64,000 nt of DNA from positions 34,906,001 through 34,970,000 of the forward strand of contig NW_027266270.1 in assembly GCF_022045235.1 (NCBI RefSeq), read 5' to 3'. Below are positions 1 through 13,796 of the stretch, in pieces. Positions within the stretch are counted from its first letter, which is position 1. Each line of letters starts with the position of its first letter. The translations under genes and the position numbers were made by a program. The DNA is from Haliotis cracherodii. Its lineage: Eukaryota. Below the pieces are notes generated by a model, which saw only the letters and a program-made list of their open reading frames with translations, did no database searches and was not told the DNA's origin.

Positions 1-176
1 TCACCTGTATATTGGCCAATGGCCTTTCATCCGATAAACCAATGATTTTAAATTTGCCCCAGTTTACAAACAAAGCAATGATTGACAGGTGATACTTAAT
101 ATCTCCTGGGGTGTTACACAAGCAATACCTTCTTCTATCATTCTCCCTAATCTTCTACCACAGCGAGGATCCCACT

Positions 177-443
177 ATGTTGCGCATGCACAGGACGGTT
201 GTGGGACAGTTAGCCCTGGTTCTAGCAGTACTTGGTCTGATCGTTGTTGCGATGATGAGAACAAGCACTTTTCAGCTAAACACGCGTGTTCTGTCAGATC
301 TCTCTGGCGGACGAAATGGCATGCATGCAGCTGAAACATTCAGACAACAGAGGGACAGACTGTCGAGTATATTAAACATGGCAAAGCGGGAACTAGCCGT
401 GATGAGCTGTAATATGATAGAGTTAAACACCAAACTCCAAAAG
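177..443 (+). CDS. Exon 1 of a type II membrane methyltransferase (signal anchor plus helical stem)
   Basis: ATG at 177 gives MLRMHRTVVGQLALVLAVLGLIVVAMMR (short basic N-terminus plus one hydrophobic helix). It ends AAG|GTATGT (phase 0 donor at 444), in frame with the acceptor at 3070. Confidence 0.8.
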
Positions 444-2502
444 GTATGTATGTGGATTACACTGTTCAGTAATGTTTATCGGCCACTTCTGAATTACGGC
501 GTGGGTTGTTGCACATAATATTAATCCCTTTTTTCAGCCTGAGATTTGATTATGCAAATACCGCTGTGATAAGGCTGTGGCGTTAAACAACAAACAAACC
601 ATATTAACATTCTTAATCTCGTAAATTTTCCATAGGTAAGTTCTATAGTTCTATACTATAACCAAGTAACTGAATGAAGGTATGGTACGACTTTTCACAT
701 ATGTCCACAAAGGCAGATAGGATGAAACAATGAGTTGTATGCCAAAACGGAACATGAGAAGTAGAATACTGTAAAATGGAGGTGGGTAAATTTGGAATTT
801 TTAAGGGATTGATTTTAGCCTTCTACACCGGGATCAGAGCCTGTGTCGGGTTAGACGGAATGTCAGATTACTGAGTCTACTGTATAGACCCTTTACACAG
901 AGTGGATTTAACAATAACATCAATGTTGTTATAGATCAAATCATTCAGTATTGTGAAAAATACCGCCTATATGACAAATCCGTTCGTCATGTACCAAATG
1001 TATTACTCCTTGAGGTTCATGTTGGTCCAGTCTCAATGTCAAACAATCATTTTTGTTTAAAATGAAAATGTGTCTTGATTAGATAAAGAATAGATCGTGC
1101 TTAGAGTTTGAAACTATTAACCATTTGTCTATCAGTTTATCAATATTTTCTCATTTGAAATTGAAGTTCCAAAATGAAACACATCTTTCGGTTGCACGTA
1201 CAAAAGAGACATAATCGGCCAGTGGTCTTTTGATACCATTTTTCCAAGGAAAGGGCGTTAACTGACTATGAAAGTCCAGTTTCCACCCTTGCCGAAGTAG
1301 GCTGGAATTATGGAGTTAATATTTATAGTTATATTTTGGCTGGACCAATGAGTTCATGCACAGTCCAATCAAAACGAAATCGACAGCCGGTTCGTAAACT
1401 GCCGTCCAAAATTCGGTTGCAGGATTTGCAAAGCATATTTGGAAAGGGTTTTGTCAATTATATTGTTCAATCTTGGAAAATGAGCATTGTGTATTAGATT
1501 GTACAGGAAGTGGTTTCTTAATGCAAGATTTACCTTACAGAATAACAAGGATACACACTTACAATAAATTACATAATTAATTATTCCCCTCACCTCGATT
1601 TTGAAATATTTCAATTCAAGATGACAAAAAACGGGTCCTATATTTTCCTTCCAGTTTGGAACATTTGATGACAATCGGGACTACCTTCATATACATTGTA
1701 CGGCATATAATCTGATATGAGTTCTACTATCTACTTTGGTTTACAAACATACGAAACAGTACTATTTCTGTACTACAGTCTGTAAATAATCGAGTCTAGA
1801 CCAGACCAGAAACAGATATTGTTTTATATTAAAACTATGAGCCTGAATATATTTTTACGAAAAATTCCTTCCAAAAATGTAATGTGTGTGGCAAACAATT
1901 TCTTTTTCATCTGCCTGAAGCCTAATTATTTATTTCAAGAATTTTTTAAAGGCAATTTTCTTTCTTTTAAAAAATCCCCGCCACCCCCTAAAGTTGAAAA
2001 TACAAGAAAAACCTGTTTTCATCGATATTCTTTGAAAACAAGCCTAAAATCCCGGTATTGCTAGTATCAAAACTAGTCTGCACCAGAGAACCCAGTGATT
2101 GACATCACGAGCATCGATTTACACAAATTTGAAACGATGACATGCATCAACCAAGTCAGCGACCTGACCACCCGATCCCGTTAGTCGCTTCTTAGTACAA
2201 GCATGGATTGCTAAAGGACTAATTGTAACCCGGATCTTCACGGGGTGAAACAATGTTAGAAGATGAGCACAAGCATGACGGTCAACAATACATTTCATTC
2301 TGAGCTTGAAAGAAACTCTTCTTTTCACAAATTTTAGATATGTATGTGAGAATAAGTAATTGCTTGTTACTTACTTACTTACTTACTTTGGAGATTTAAC
2401 GTGCGCTTTCCGACTGATGCGTATTTCGCACACGGAATTGCTTGTTTTCAAATTTGGTGTGAGCTTTTATCAACAACAATTATCGAAGTCTCTGTCCAGG
2501 AG

Positions 2503-2647
2503 TTCGCTCATCACGCCGAAGATCCGGGTTCGATTCCCAAAAAGGGTACAATGTTTAAGCCCATTTCTGGTGTCCCCCGCCGTGATATTGCTGGAATAGT
2601 GCTAAAAGCGGCGTAAAACCATACTCACTCACTCACTCACTCACTCA
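2503..2647 (+). mobile_element. 5'-truncated tRNA-derived SINE (family A) with target-site duplication
   Basis: B-box GGTTCGATTCC and a (CTCA)n tail, flanked by the direct repeat CTCTGTCCAGGAG at 2490-2502 and 2648-2660. Confidence 0.85.
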
Positions 2648-3070
2648 CTCTGTCCAGGAGATTTAAGTACCGTAACATGTTTGTTCCCCGTATCAAAATC
2701 GATGTAACTGTCATCAACCAGTGTTTTAAGCCAACTCATTGCTGAGCATTGTTTTAATATTGGCTAGTATTGTGCACAAACCACCACAAGTGATGACGTA
2801 AGTCCTGGTGGGGTATCATGCAGGAAGCTGAGGCACCGTAAGTCCCCATGATCCCCAGCGAGGTAGCCTAGCTTTGGTTATTGGTAGCCCGTGTTTTAAA
2901 CAGTAGTAAATAATATTGTTTTGCCAAAATGTGTTTGCAACTTTGTATTCATGACTCAAATGTATACAAATCATCTAGTTCTCGTGGCTCTATGGCTGAA
3001 ATAATGCCGATGAGACGTTAAAGTTTAACTCACGAATATCCTATATCCACTTTTCCGTTTCATTCATCAG

Positions 3071-3667
3071 ACCGCGGTATCCGCTGCAGGAGGATGGTGC
3101 AAGGAATCAAGTAAATCCGACAGTGGACAACATATGTTTGATAAATTTCTTGCGGAGCAACTATCATTATTATTTCAAAACCAAACTGTCGCAAGTTTTG
3201 GTGATGGTCCAGGTGACTACAAGAAATACTTGGACAGAACAGGCAGACTTCGCACCTACGATGCTTTTGATGGCGCACCCTTCGGACAGGAAACCAGTGG
3301 AGGGGTGGTCCGGTTTTTAGATCTGACGGCGCCGCAGTATGGACTTCCGGTATATGATTGGATCATCAGCTTGGAGGTGGCGGAGCATATTCCACCTCAA
3401 TATGAAGATAGATATATTGACAATATCGCGAGGCACGCCAATAAAGGACTTGTACTGAGTTGGGCAGTACCTGGGCAAGGCGGTCTCTCGCACGTCAACA
3501 ATCGAGCCTTGTCATATGTACGGAGTGTGCTGTCAGATAAGGGTTTTGAAACAGATATGACTGCTAGTAAGGTTCTCAGAGAAAAAGCATCTTTACCATG
3601 GTTAAAACAAAATGTGTATGTTTACAGAAGGCGGTTTGATAGTCCACTCGACCCACTTGATGCTTAA
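3071..3667 (+). CDS. Exon 2 of a class I SAM-dependent methyltransferase (joined protein about 287 aa)
   Basis: Acceptor ttttccgtttcattcatcag|ACC, phase 0, open to TAA at 3665-3667. Motifs: VASFGDGPG (motif I-like), YDAFDG, FLDLT, YDWIISLEVAEHIP, LVLSWAVPGQGG..HVN. Confidence 0.85.
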   Translation, partial: TAVSAAGGWCKESSKSDSGQHMFDKFLAEQLSLLFQNQTVASFGDGPGDYKKYLDRTGRLRTYDAFDGAPFGQETSGGVVRFLDLTAPQYGLPVYDWIISLEVAEHIPPQYEDRYIDNIARHANKGLVLSWAVPGQGGLSHVNNRALSYVRSVLSDKGFETDMTASKVLREKASLPWLKQNVYVYRRRFDSPLDPLDA

Positions 3668-4975
3668 ATATGTCTTATATAACACAAATGTGGTGATAAA
3701 TCACAGTTCACATATAACTGCCAATTTGTAGCTCACCTGACCAAAGTTTACGTGATCTTATGCAGGTTGTTTGTCAATCGATGTCCCTTGTGCATTGTAA
3801 ACACAGGCTCACCGATGAAGCTGAAAATATGTCCATGAAGTTGGAATCCAATTTTCAATGCGGCCGCAATGTCATACACGTGGGAAAACATATAGCCCTT
3901 GTTCAGCTATTTATCTTCAACATGTCATGAAATTTGATATATGGGTATTTGGAAGTTTTTGAATTTTGAATTTTGAGTTTACCTTCGCGAAGATAATATT
4001 CCTCTGTGATAGAAGCCACAGTGAATGTACTGCCCATTACTATTATCGCTCGATTTTATTTTTTCGATATGGCCGCCATATGACAAAAAGACGAGGCACG
4101 AAAAAGCGCAATAAGCTCAGTGGAAATCTTAAATTCTTTTCTAATATATTCTGTCGGATCGTGCGTTTTGGTATCTTTATTGCTACTGGTTTTCGCATAT
4201 ATTTCAAACATGTTTGCCAAGACAGACACGGCTCAGAAATGTGAAAGTTTGTGTGCATGATAATGGCTACTGTAAACAGGGAATTGTTTGCGACCGTTTT
4301 ATTATTGCGAGTTTTGCGAACGAGACTCAATCGCAAAAATTAAAAACGCAAAAATAGGTAATACTATAAATAATACATACATACTTTATTCATTGTAACA
4401 CGTTATCAAATGTTGAAATCATCAACCAGAACCACAAGTTACTCAATAAGTTAAAACACAAATGAATGCAGAATGGTCACACAATACATCACAAATGACA
4501 GTGTAAACAGACCAATTAGTGTGACTGTTACCTCACAGTTCTCCTGCCTTCTTCCAACCTCGCTTGATTGCGTCAGTGTCCTTTGCAATGACACTGGTAA
4601 ACTTTCCGGCCAACTCAGATTAACTAGCTTCGGAGAGAAGCTGTCTATTGTTTAGTAATCGAGGGGTCATCTCAACACGGCAACTCGCAAAACTATCTCG
4701 TCGCAGTATTGTCTTTGGCGTGGTATTCGCAATATTTTAACGGCGCAGAAATAAAGCAGTATATGAAATCGAATACATGATTAGAATTCCAGGTTGGTGT
4801 CGCAGGCGATGTTACATATGCAATGTTTTCTCCTTCTACTCAAAATTGAACTAAATGTATCTGTAACTTATAATTTGGATATGTTACATTGCTTAATAGT
4901 TTCCTATTTGTCAAGCATTGCTGTCTGAATGCTTCTTTGATAGGTATTTAGAAGTTGGAGTACAAAGTAAAGATA

Positions 4976-5085
4976 AGATATATGGATGAACAACTTGTTT
5001 ATTACAGTCATGAGCGACGTTTCGGTGTAGGTTCTAACACTTCACCTACTTGATAACGGTATAGAAATTGTTCATCCATATATCT
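4976..5085. repeat. 18-bp inverted repeat enclosing a 74-bp loop; possibly a Penelope-like terminal-repeat relic
   Basis: AGATATATGGATGAACAA (4976-4993) is the reverse complement of TTGTTCATCCATATATCT (5068-5085). The element assignment is tentative. Confidence 0.55.
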
Positions 5086-5517
5086 GATCCTTATTTATCT
5101 GAATGCTGACATCAAGGCTGTCGTCTTTAGTGACAGCATGAGCTGTTGAGTACATATCTAGGTGAGCTACAGTGTCGTGGAACTGTATTTTAGTAGTTTT
5201 GTACAGTTGGTATTAAGTTGGTAACACTACACTCTCCTCAATAAAAAACCCTTTAAATGCATGTTTGTATTTGAGTCTGATAAACTGAAATATTAGGTTT
5301 CTCCAAGCAGTTATGACAGACAGAGTTGAAACATTTGACGAAGCAGAAGTTGCAACAATTAGGGATTGGTCAAGACGTTCTCCAGTGTAGGCATAGCCAG
5401 CGCAAGAAGGGCATCGGCGTATTTTAAACATCTCATGCCAAAATGGCGTCATGGAATTTTGACCCTGGATTCTGGGTCTAAAAACAGACACGCTATTTGT
5501 TTGGCTACCAGTGAATA

Positions 5518-5645
5518 GGATCATAATCAGGGCGAATCCGAGGATCATAATCAGGGCGAATCCGAGGATCATAATCAGGGCGAATCCGAGGATTATAATC
5601 AGAGCGAATCCGAGGATCATAATCAGGGCGAATCTGAGAATAACA
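5518..5645. repeat. 24-bp minisatellite, about 5 copies
   Basis: Unit GAGGATCATAATCAGGGCGAATCC. It explains the 8-aa repeats in the two overlapping ORF-track entries. Confidence 0.9.
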
Positions 5646-6869
5646 GGATCCTGGTACACCTGAGAAACGTAGCTCTGAACAGGTCATTGCGGCGCCTGGG
5701 ACTAGTTCCCCGTGATCCACGATTGTACTAGAAGGGACTGTGTTAAAGTACCTTTGAGATGCATCTTGAATTGTATTAAAAGTATCCCTGGGTAACCAGG
5801 TCAATATAGGTCCCCAAACTATGCTTAAAGGGATATTCAACTCAAAATTAACATAAAGTATATTAAAAGAAACCACACAAAAACAATTAAGACACCTTGC
5901 ACACTTGTATGGATGCAAGTATGAGAAATATTAGACGAGAAACGTCATAATTTCCGATTCCCTGGAGGATTAAAAAAAATAAATATGAATGTTTTGTTAG
6001 TCCTTGAGTATAGATGGTGAAAAGTTAGGATATGAGTGAAATATTCCTTTGCGACCAAATTGAATGAAATGGTGAGGCTGGTTGACTTGGTTGATTGAGT
6101 GTTGACATACTCCGACATCGTTGTTTATACAACAAACACCGTCTAAACTGAGACATTGTCTCACTTACACATATAACAGGTGTACATAGGTCGACACCTG
6201 GAATGAAAACGGACTTCAGACCGTGCACAACAGTCCACCTTTAGTGTTTCAAAAAGCCTCTCAGAAACTTTCAGCGGTGAAACGTGAAGTTTGTTCGAGG
6301 GTACCTTGAAGGGCTTTCATGTCACAGTTTGTCTGTTAAAACACCCGAGGCCTGATCTGTGGTGCAAAGACAAATAAGCATATAGTCTAGTAAAATGGAT
6401 GAGAGTGTGTACTTCAATGAGATTTCTTGAAACAAAATGGGATTAGATCACGTAAATCTTTCGGACTTTGGGATGAATTCTATTATTGAGGAATATTCTC
6501 TCTCACTCTCAATTTTGAAAATTTTATTCGGAATTAATAACACGTTTAATAAATATAAATATTACATTTGAACAATAGCTTTTTCACATTCTTCTAACAA
6601 GGCGGGTTCAATTACCACGGTGCTTTGAACCATGACGCCGTAACCTCATAGTATTCCAGAGTGACGTCATGACTTTATCACAACTGTGAGAATTCAGGTG
6701 GAGAGCGACGTCGATGACAGCACCGTCCATGGTAACGTCGCCGATTTCTTCTTGTGGTTTGCGGATCTGCATTGTCTTCTGTGTCGAGGCCCAGAAATGC
6801 AATACCGATAGCGGAAACAACAGGAGCACCAAACTGATTCAAATTATCCGGACAAATAAGGTTTTGGTT

Positions 6870-7380
6870 ACATTCGACTGTAACTTACTTACCCCGATTG
6901 TGTGCTGCATAAACCACTGTAGAAAAGAACACAACTTTTCAAATTTTGAACATAAACTTGCACAGCAAAAGGGTAAATGCTTGTCAAAGTGATACAAACC
7001 GTTTAAATGTATGCTTCGGCGGTCAAAGTCCGCCGTTTGTGCGGGAATTATCCTGAAAGCTGACTTCATGTCAAGCTTAGATAACAGCTGCTTGGCCGAG
7101 CTGTTGTACCATCGCCTCGCGATCGGCCTCGTCAAAGGGAGGTAGGTAACAGAAGAATCTTGCTGATACATATTATCCTTATTTGACTGACCATCCGGGA
7201 AGGAACGATTATATATTATAATATTGTTATCCTTAACGGGCCAACCTGCCGATGTAGTAGTATCTTGCTTTTTTTGGACCAACCTTACCGGCGAAACCTG
7301 CAATCTTTCGAAGGTTGCATGATAGTAGGGCCCAGCAATCCTACCCAACATTGTCTCTTTGTCAAAATGGTCACCTAACA
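6870..7380 (-). mobile_element. Degenerate DIRS-type retrotransposon reverse transcriptase fragment
   Basis: Translation contains KETMLGRIAGPY, LQVSPVRLVQKK, LSKLDMKSAFRIIP and FDKHLPFCCASLCSKFE, which resemble DIRS RT motifs. No YxDD motif is seen. Confidence 0.7.
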
Positions 7381-8239
7381 TGTGAATATGGTAGCAGATA
7401 CGGTAAATTACTAAGCTTGACTGGCGTTGGTGCAAGTGACGTTGGGTTTCTGACGCTGGCTACCGGAACTTGTTACGCGGGGTGGGCGTTGCTTGTTGTG
7501 GACTGAGGTTGGATCTGACGATCGCGTGGCGCTGTCCCTTGAACGCAGACATCGGCTGTGGCCCAATTCGTGGTGTTCCCACACTTCGCACATTTACGTG
7601 AATATCTCCAGGTTGATCAGTTACATGCACCTTTGTTGAAATCCCAGCACAGATTATTATCCCCCGCCACGAATTGGGGCTGGGGATATAGGAACTGAGG
7701 TCGTCCGCCTGTCCGTCCTTCCGTCCGTCCGTCCGCTTCTCAAAGGGGATTTTTTGCTCCAAAACTATTTATGTCAGAAATGAAATTTCACACACTGCTT
7801 TTGCAGGTCATGATTTTAAATGAGTTCGAAAATGGGTGTCGTAAATTAAAATTCTACAGAGCTATGACCCTTGCTCCGTGCTTTTCAACTTAGTGCATAC
7901 TGTGTGAAATGGGGACAAGTATACTCAGAAAGTACTGGAGTTGCACGAATGAAAGTTGCATGCTCATCTAAGAGATACTTGTCAAGACTGATTTCGAAAA
8001 TGAGTCCCGTAAAATACCTTTTATCAAAGTTACGGCCCTTGGTCCATCTTATTTTACTTAGTGCATCGTGTCCCCATGTTTGGAAAGGTACCGTCACTGG
8101 GAAGCCCAAAATCAGCGCTGAAACCCGTTGATATTGATGTAGCACGGGTCCTCACCACAGATATCCATCGATCTCGGACCATCGCCTTGTCTGGTCTCTT
8201 ACCATTCTGTGCTGGAATTGCCATGTCACATTTGAGAGG

Positions 8240-8490
8240 TACCGTATTTTCTCTATTAGACATCCGGGCTTCTATTAATTTCGGACAAGCCTTTGACCCG
8301 GCGTCAATTAGAGGCCAGGCGTCTATTGGAGGCCCGGCTTCTATTAATACCACCATTTCACTATGACCAAGCATGTAATTTAGGTCCCAAAAAAGGATCA
8401 TTAATTGTATCAATTGATCGACCCGGCGTCTATTAGAGGCCCGGCTTCTATTTTTTGCACTGAACAATTGACCCGGCTTCTATTAGAAAC
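8240..8490. mobile_element. MITE-like DNA element with reiterated subterminal motif
   Basis: Begins TACCGTATTT and has about 7 copies of CCGGC(T/G)TCTATTA variants. The right end is unclear. Confidence 0.45.
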
Positions 8491-8699
8491 ACAGACACAT
8501 ACTGCATAAGATAAGGTACACAGAGGGCGAACAATGTTTGTAAAGGTATTTAGACATATATACGCCTGGGAGGAAGTCGTTCAAGCCCTAAGGGCCAGCG
8601 TTTATCTGAGCTGCCCCGCGACCGCACAGGTGGAAACAATACCGTACCTGTGGGTTCGGATCGCAAACTGAACGCCCTTTCGTCATCATCGCAACCGAG

Positions 8700-8965
8700 G
8701 TAGATCCGAGGTAGAATAAGTCTTCAGCAACCCATGCTTGCCGTAAAAGGCGACTATGCTGTTTTGGAGTAAGAGGTGACTAACGGGATCGGGTGGTCAG
8801 GCTCGCTGACTTGGTTTATGCATGTCATCGTAACCAAATTGCGTGGATCGATGCTCATAATGTCAATCACTGGATTGTCTGGTCCAGACTTGATTATTTA
8901 GAAACCGCCATTATATTGCTAGAATCTTGCTAAGTGCGGCGTTAGACAACAAACAAAACAAAACA
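8700..8965 (+). mobile_element. SINE-like dispersed repeat (family B)
   Basis: Core GGGATCGGGTGGTCAGGCTCGCTGACTTGG...GGATTGTCTGGTCCAGAC with an (AAAC)n tail. Related copies lie at about 2090-2250(-), 10994-11185, 18520-18790(-), 24344-24591 and 29926-30105. Confidence 0.8.
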
Positions 8966-10129
8966 TCGTCGTAACTTCTGACAGTTTATAGCCGTATGTC
9001 CAGATCCTCTGCTTTAGTTGAGGCCCATGGAAGGAATCCGATGTTATGTTGGTAACATGGACATGTTACGCAACAAATAGCAGCTAAAAGATATATGGTC
9101 ACACCAAGTGGCAGTAAACTACATAAAAGGAAAGCGGTTTACCGAGGTCAACTCACTAAGTTCGTTCAATTAAATAGTATACTGACACTGGGTGTGACCA
9201 TATATTTGTAGCTGCTATTTTGTGCGTTACAAGCCCCTGTGATGTTGGTCGGGTATGCCGGCTGAGTCCCATGGGCATCCATGGAAAGTTTAGCAATAGC
9301 TTGGAAAGATTACTGATTAGTATGAATACCAGGGTTACTTTCAGGGTCAGGATACTTGGTAACATTGTGATTGTTGTTGTGAAGCAGTTGGAAAATTACT
9401 TCCAAGAAGTTCATAAAAAAATTGAAGTGAGATAGAGAAGCGAATGAACCCATTGAGTATTAGACTAGAAAGTGCATTGCGGGAGAATGATGTCTTCGTG
9501 TAACCAGGTGGACACCAAACAGATTCCATTTACATTGGGCGTAAAACGCATAATAACAGTTAAAATAATATGAATGGATCACTGATATTCAGAAATAACA
9601 CCAGCTGTTCACGAAAAGGGTAGGCAGGTCTAAACAAAAGCTGAAATTCAAATATTGCCGCCAAGTGGCTTTACTTTGTTAGAGATCCAAGAACACAATA
9701 TGTGCAACAAACGTTGTTAATAAATAATGTCAACTTTCAAACTTTCTTAGCATATATCCGAATAAATCTGAATTTGTACAGCTAAATATATGAGAATATC
9801 ACTGAGATATACCAAAATGACATTTTCGAAAATGTCAGATCATAAGTTGGTGTAGGACGTATGGAAACCATATACAGAATAGTTTCAAGAAGTTGGGTTC
9901 TGAGGAGAACTTTGCCGGATGCTTGATCATGCCTACCGTAAAAATGCATACTCATAAATTTGAATCCAAAATGGCTGAAAAGTACATGACGTATGACCTA
10001 AGCGAAACTAAAGGTGACTGGCATCTAATGATACTATACACTGCCCAAACTGACACATATTGGGTGAGCAGTTGAGGAACATTAGCTTCAAAATATGTTG
10101 TTTTTAATTATTGCTTTTTCTTTGTTGGC

Positions 10130-10285
10130 GTGAGTGAGTGAGTATGGTTATTACGCCGCTTTCAGCAATATTCCAACAATATCACGGAGGGAGACAGCAG
10201 ATATGGGCTTCACATATTGTACCCATGTCGGGAATCGAACCCGGGTCTTCGGGAACGCTTTAACCACTAGGCTACCCAACCGCCA
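10130..10285 (-). mobile_element. tRNA-derived SINE (family A)
   Basis: Reverse complement of the 2503 and 18618 copies, with a (GTGA)n tail on the left and GGGAATCGAACCCGGG. Confidence 0.8.
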
Positions 10286-10924
10286 CTTTCATTGTTATCA
10301 TTGAGAGCTATGACCCTGTATGTACTCAACAATAATGGTCTATATACACAAGGGACAAAATCAGACAACTGACGGAGGTTTTAAAGCGGTCTAGTTTATG
10401 CCTAGAACCCGTTTCTGACAATGGAAAGGATCGCAGAAACACAGCACATAAGTCACCCGGTTACAGGGTAGTGCGGCAGAAGGAAAGGTTATCTAGCCCC
10501 ATTGTCCTTGACTCTATTTTGTAAGGGATTAGTGCTTTGGCTTCGCCCACATCTAACTGTACATGGATCCGTTTCATCGGAGAAGACATACATACCCTAA
10601 AAGAGCTCAAACAGAAGTGAGAAAACCTTACATCCATTAAGACAGCAAAAATGCATAACCTATCACCAAACAAAGCCAAAGAACATAAAAGTGACAGTCA
10701 TATCATCCAACTTAAACCGAGCTGCTGAGGAGCTTCATGGTGAACTGTGTCGTTTCAAATTAACTATTGTTGAATTATCTGCCCTTAGTCCTGCGACCAA
10801 TGAATGTCAGAAAATAGCCAGGTTCAATTATGTCACCAAAAAATGATTTTTCAAAATTTGATTTTTCAGCTTCATAGACCACTATCCCACATGATAAACT
10901 TAAGTAAACACTTCATTCCTTGAT

Positions 10925-11185
10925 GGGGCGGTCGGGTAGCCTAGTGGTTATAGCGTTCGCTCGTGACGCTGAAGACCCAGGTTCGATTCCCTGACGGGAT
11001 CGGGTGGTCAGGCTCGTTGACTTGGTTGATGAATGTCATCGATCCCAATTGCGTGGATCGATGCTCATGAATTAATCACTGGATTGTCTGGTCAAGACTC
11101 GATTAATTACAGACCGCCGTCATATAGCTGTAATATTGCTGAGTGCGGCGTTAAAGAACAAACCAACCAACTAACCAACCAACCA
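10925..11185 (+). mobile_element. Chimeric SINE: family A tRNA head joined to family B body
   Basis: GGGGCGGTCGGGTAGCCTAGTGGTT...GGTTCGATTCCC (10925-10991) is followed directly by GACGGGATCGGGTGGTCAGG... and an (AACC)n tail. Confidence 0.7.
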
Positions 11186-11279
11186 TTGGGCTTTTGTTAC
11201 AGAACGCGGTAATCAAGAATATAGTTACATATCTATCTTCAGAGGTTCATGTCAATTTGTAAAAATTGAAAGCAAATGC

Positions 11280-12100
11280 CATCTGAAGTTTACTGAGAAA
11301 ACAGTATGTGAAATGCTGGACTTCCTCATAGATAACATCTACGTACAACTTTGTGGTAGGACATTCAGGCAAGAAGTAGTCATCCCCATGGGCACCAATA
11401 GTGTCTTGCGATGTTACTTCCAGTACCTGCATTTCCGTGAACTGGCTTTGCTTTCCTTCGCTAGGGGGGACCAAGTACACGGCCACGGTTGGTTGACACT
11501 CGTGTTGACAGTTTCGGAATAATATGATCGGTTATTTGTCATTCCTGCAAAGTTATCGGCTCAACAGTTCATCGATGACATCAGCGAGATCGTAATATCC
11601 GAACATTACAGCACAGTAGTGGTTAAGGGATTTCGGAATTTTTCCAGAAATGTTAAGGCTGGGACAGTCAAAATTTAAGAAACATATAAATTGTTCCAGC
11701 CTGAGGGCAATGGATGAGATTCATTGTTCCTTTATTGGCTTTTTGGCTTAATGTAAGCTGGACAGGTTGAAAAGGGGAACAGAGAACATGCATGCAGTTG
11801 TTTTCATTTCGCTGTTCAAGTTCCAACATGGAAGAACGTGATCGTTTACGAAAGAGAAGATAGAGAAGGGCGATGATGTCGTTTGATCAGGATTTCAACA
11901 TTCAAGACCTCAGTAAAGCTTTCAAAAAGTTTTATGGTAGACATGTGGAGGACATCCCGTGTTTTTCAGGTGAACAATTGCTTGTGTTTGTGACGGGTGC
12001 CACTGGTGGAGCAGGATACGCTCACAGTTTCGCGAACATTTGGTATCATCACTATTTGATAGTGATTCATAAACACATGCTCATGATATAGTTGGAATGG
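11280..12100 (+). mobile_element. Fragments of a Penelope-like reverse transcriptase
   Basis: MLDFLIDNIYVQLCGRTFRQEVVIPMGTN (11313-11400) and FNIQDLSKAFKKFYGRH (about 11890-11945). Related sequence is at 33400-33830 and 49360-49700. Confidence 0.65.
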
Positions 12101-13796
12101 TAAAAAAGACTCTGCTTGGCAGAGATTTCTTATGAACATGGACATGGTTTTGTCGCTTTTAATCGTATGCACTAGTTCCCATTGGTCCGCATTCTGGTGA
12201 TTGCTGCTGGAGTTACAGTTGTTACATAAAAGGGCGGAATAATGAATAATAATATATAAACAGAACTATTACAATAGGACTCTCACTTTCACCTTTCTTC
12301 ATTATTTAAAAAAATAACAACATCATTCTGTTGTTACCTACCGCATCCTGTGTTCAGTCCATTGAAGGTCCAGTGAAGGTGGCATCTGGCAGCAGCCCTC
12401 CGCTTGAACCGATTTTGATAGGAGATGGTTGTTTACACTGAACTACCCATATATGACAGTCATTCTTGTGTATACGCTTTTGTATTGCCTTCTTTGATAG
12501 TTTTACTTGTAATGGTTATAAAGTGAAAAATATCCTGTAACGACTTCCTTCTGTGTCTCCCTATTCTGATGAGACGGGAGTACAAGTTTTACAGGTACGT
12601 GGAAAAATTGATATTTCTGAATTATTACAAATTAAATGTAAACGACAACCTATTCAATACAATTGATTGACTCGACAGAAGGAAATGGTGATATGTCAGT
12701 CAAAGTTACCCAGGATGTAAAATGTAACAGGATTTTGAGGTATACATTGGGGCCCACGTAAATGTAATAGTGAACTGGTAGAGCCGGGGGTACAGATTGC
12801 AGGTGTAGGGAAAGTAATAGCTCCTTGTTTCTAATTAAATGTAAACGACAACACATGATTTCCTTAACGGAAGGGAAATGTGATGCGTCAGTCCAAGATT
12901 CAAATACGGTGTTTCTAAGACCTTTTATATGTTTCAATCTTTGATCAAATAGACCAGCTGACAGGAGTGGCAAGTCGTTGGGTTCTCCTGACTTAGATGA
13001 CTTTCAAACCTGGAATAAAAGCATTATGAAATTGATATTATATAAAGTAATAATGGAGGAAAGTTAAGAAAATCCAAACATACATAATAAAAAACGTACC
13101 TTATAACATTTAATCAATAAAGCAGCAGTCTTGTCACTTCACCTTTAAATAAAAATGGTATATTAATGGATGTCATTTTCTACAAGAAAAAGTTCAATTT
13201 TTTGTGTAACAGTTTTGCTTCTGGAACATTCAAAGGATTACAGAAACGTTCAAAGGATTGCACAATGACACATGTTTACACATCTCTCATAATAGACAAA
13301 TGATTCATGCTTTCCTCGGGAATAACCAAGCAGACCGCAAGCCTTACTCAACGAGTTGCTCCTTTCACTTTTCAACAAACCCGCCTTTCTGTTATTGATT
13401 GTGGTTTGGTTACTGTTGTATTCGTTTTTGTAAGTCAATCCCGTCAACAGTGTTGGCAGATTCACTGCAGAACACGTCTGAAGTCAGTTGAAATGTGTGC
13501 TGATACAACCCAAGCTACACATACTTGGGTGGGACAATAATAAGACATGAAAACCCCTCTTGTCACTCACGTTTAGATCTGTTTGAGTGATTGAATCTCA
13601 CTCCTGACTGAGATTGCTGTCGTGTACACTCGAGTGGCAATAAAAGCACGTGTGAACAGTGTTTCAAAGTTGTATGTGACTGCTCCTAAACACATGGGAG
13701 TAACACTAGACGCGTCTCATTTGTGTTTTAGTAGGGTATGGCAAACTTTATAAGGTTTATGTGTTATTGGTTAAGATATTTTGAAACCTTCAAACG

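Noticed and set aside
5213-5918. ORFs with LGFALIMI or IRPDYDPR repeats
   Set aside because: Explained by a 24-bp minisatellite, with no supporting splice structure.
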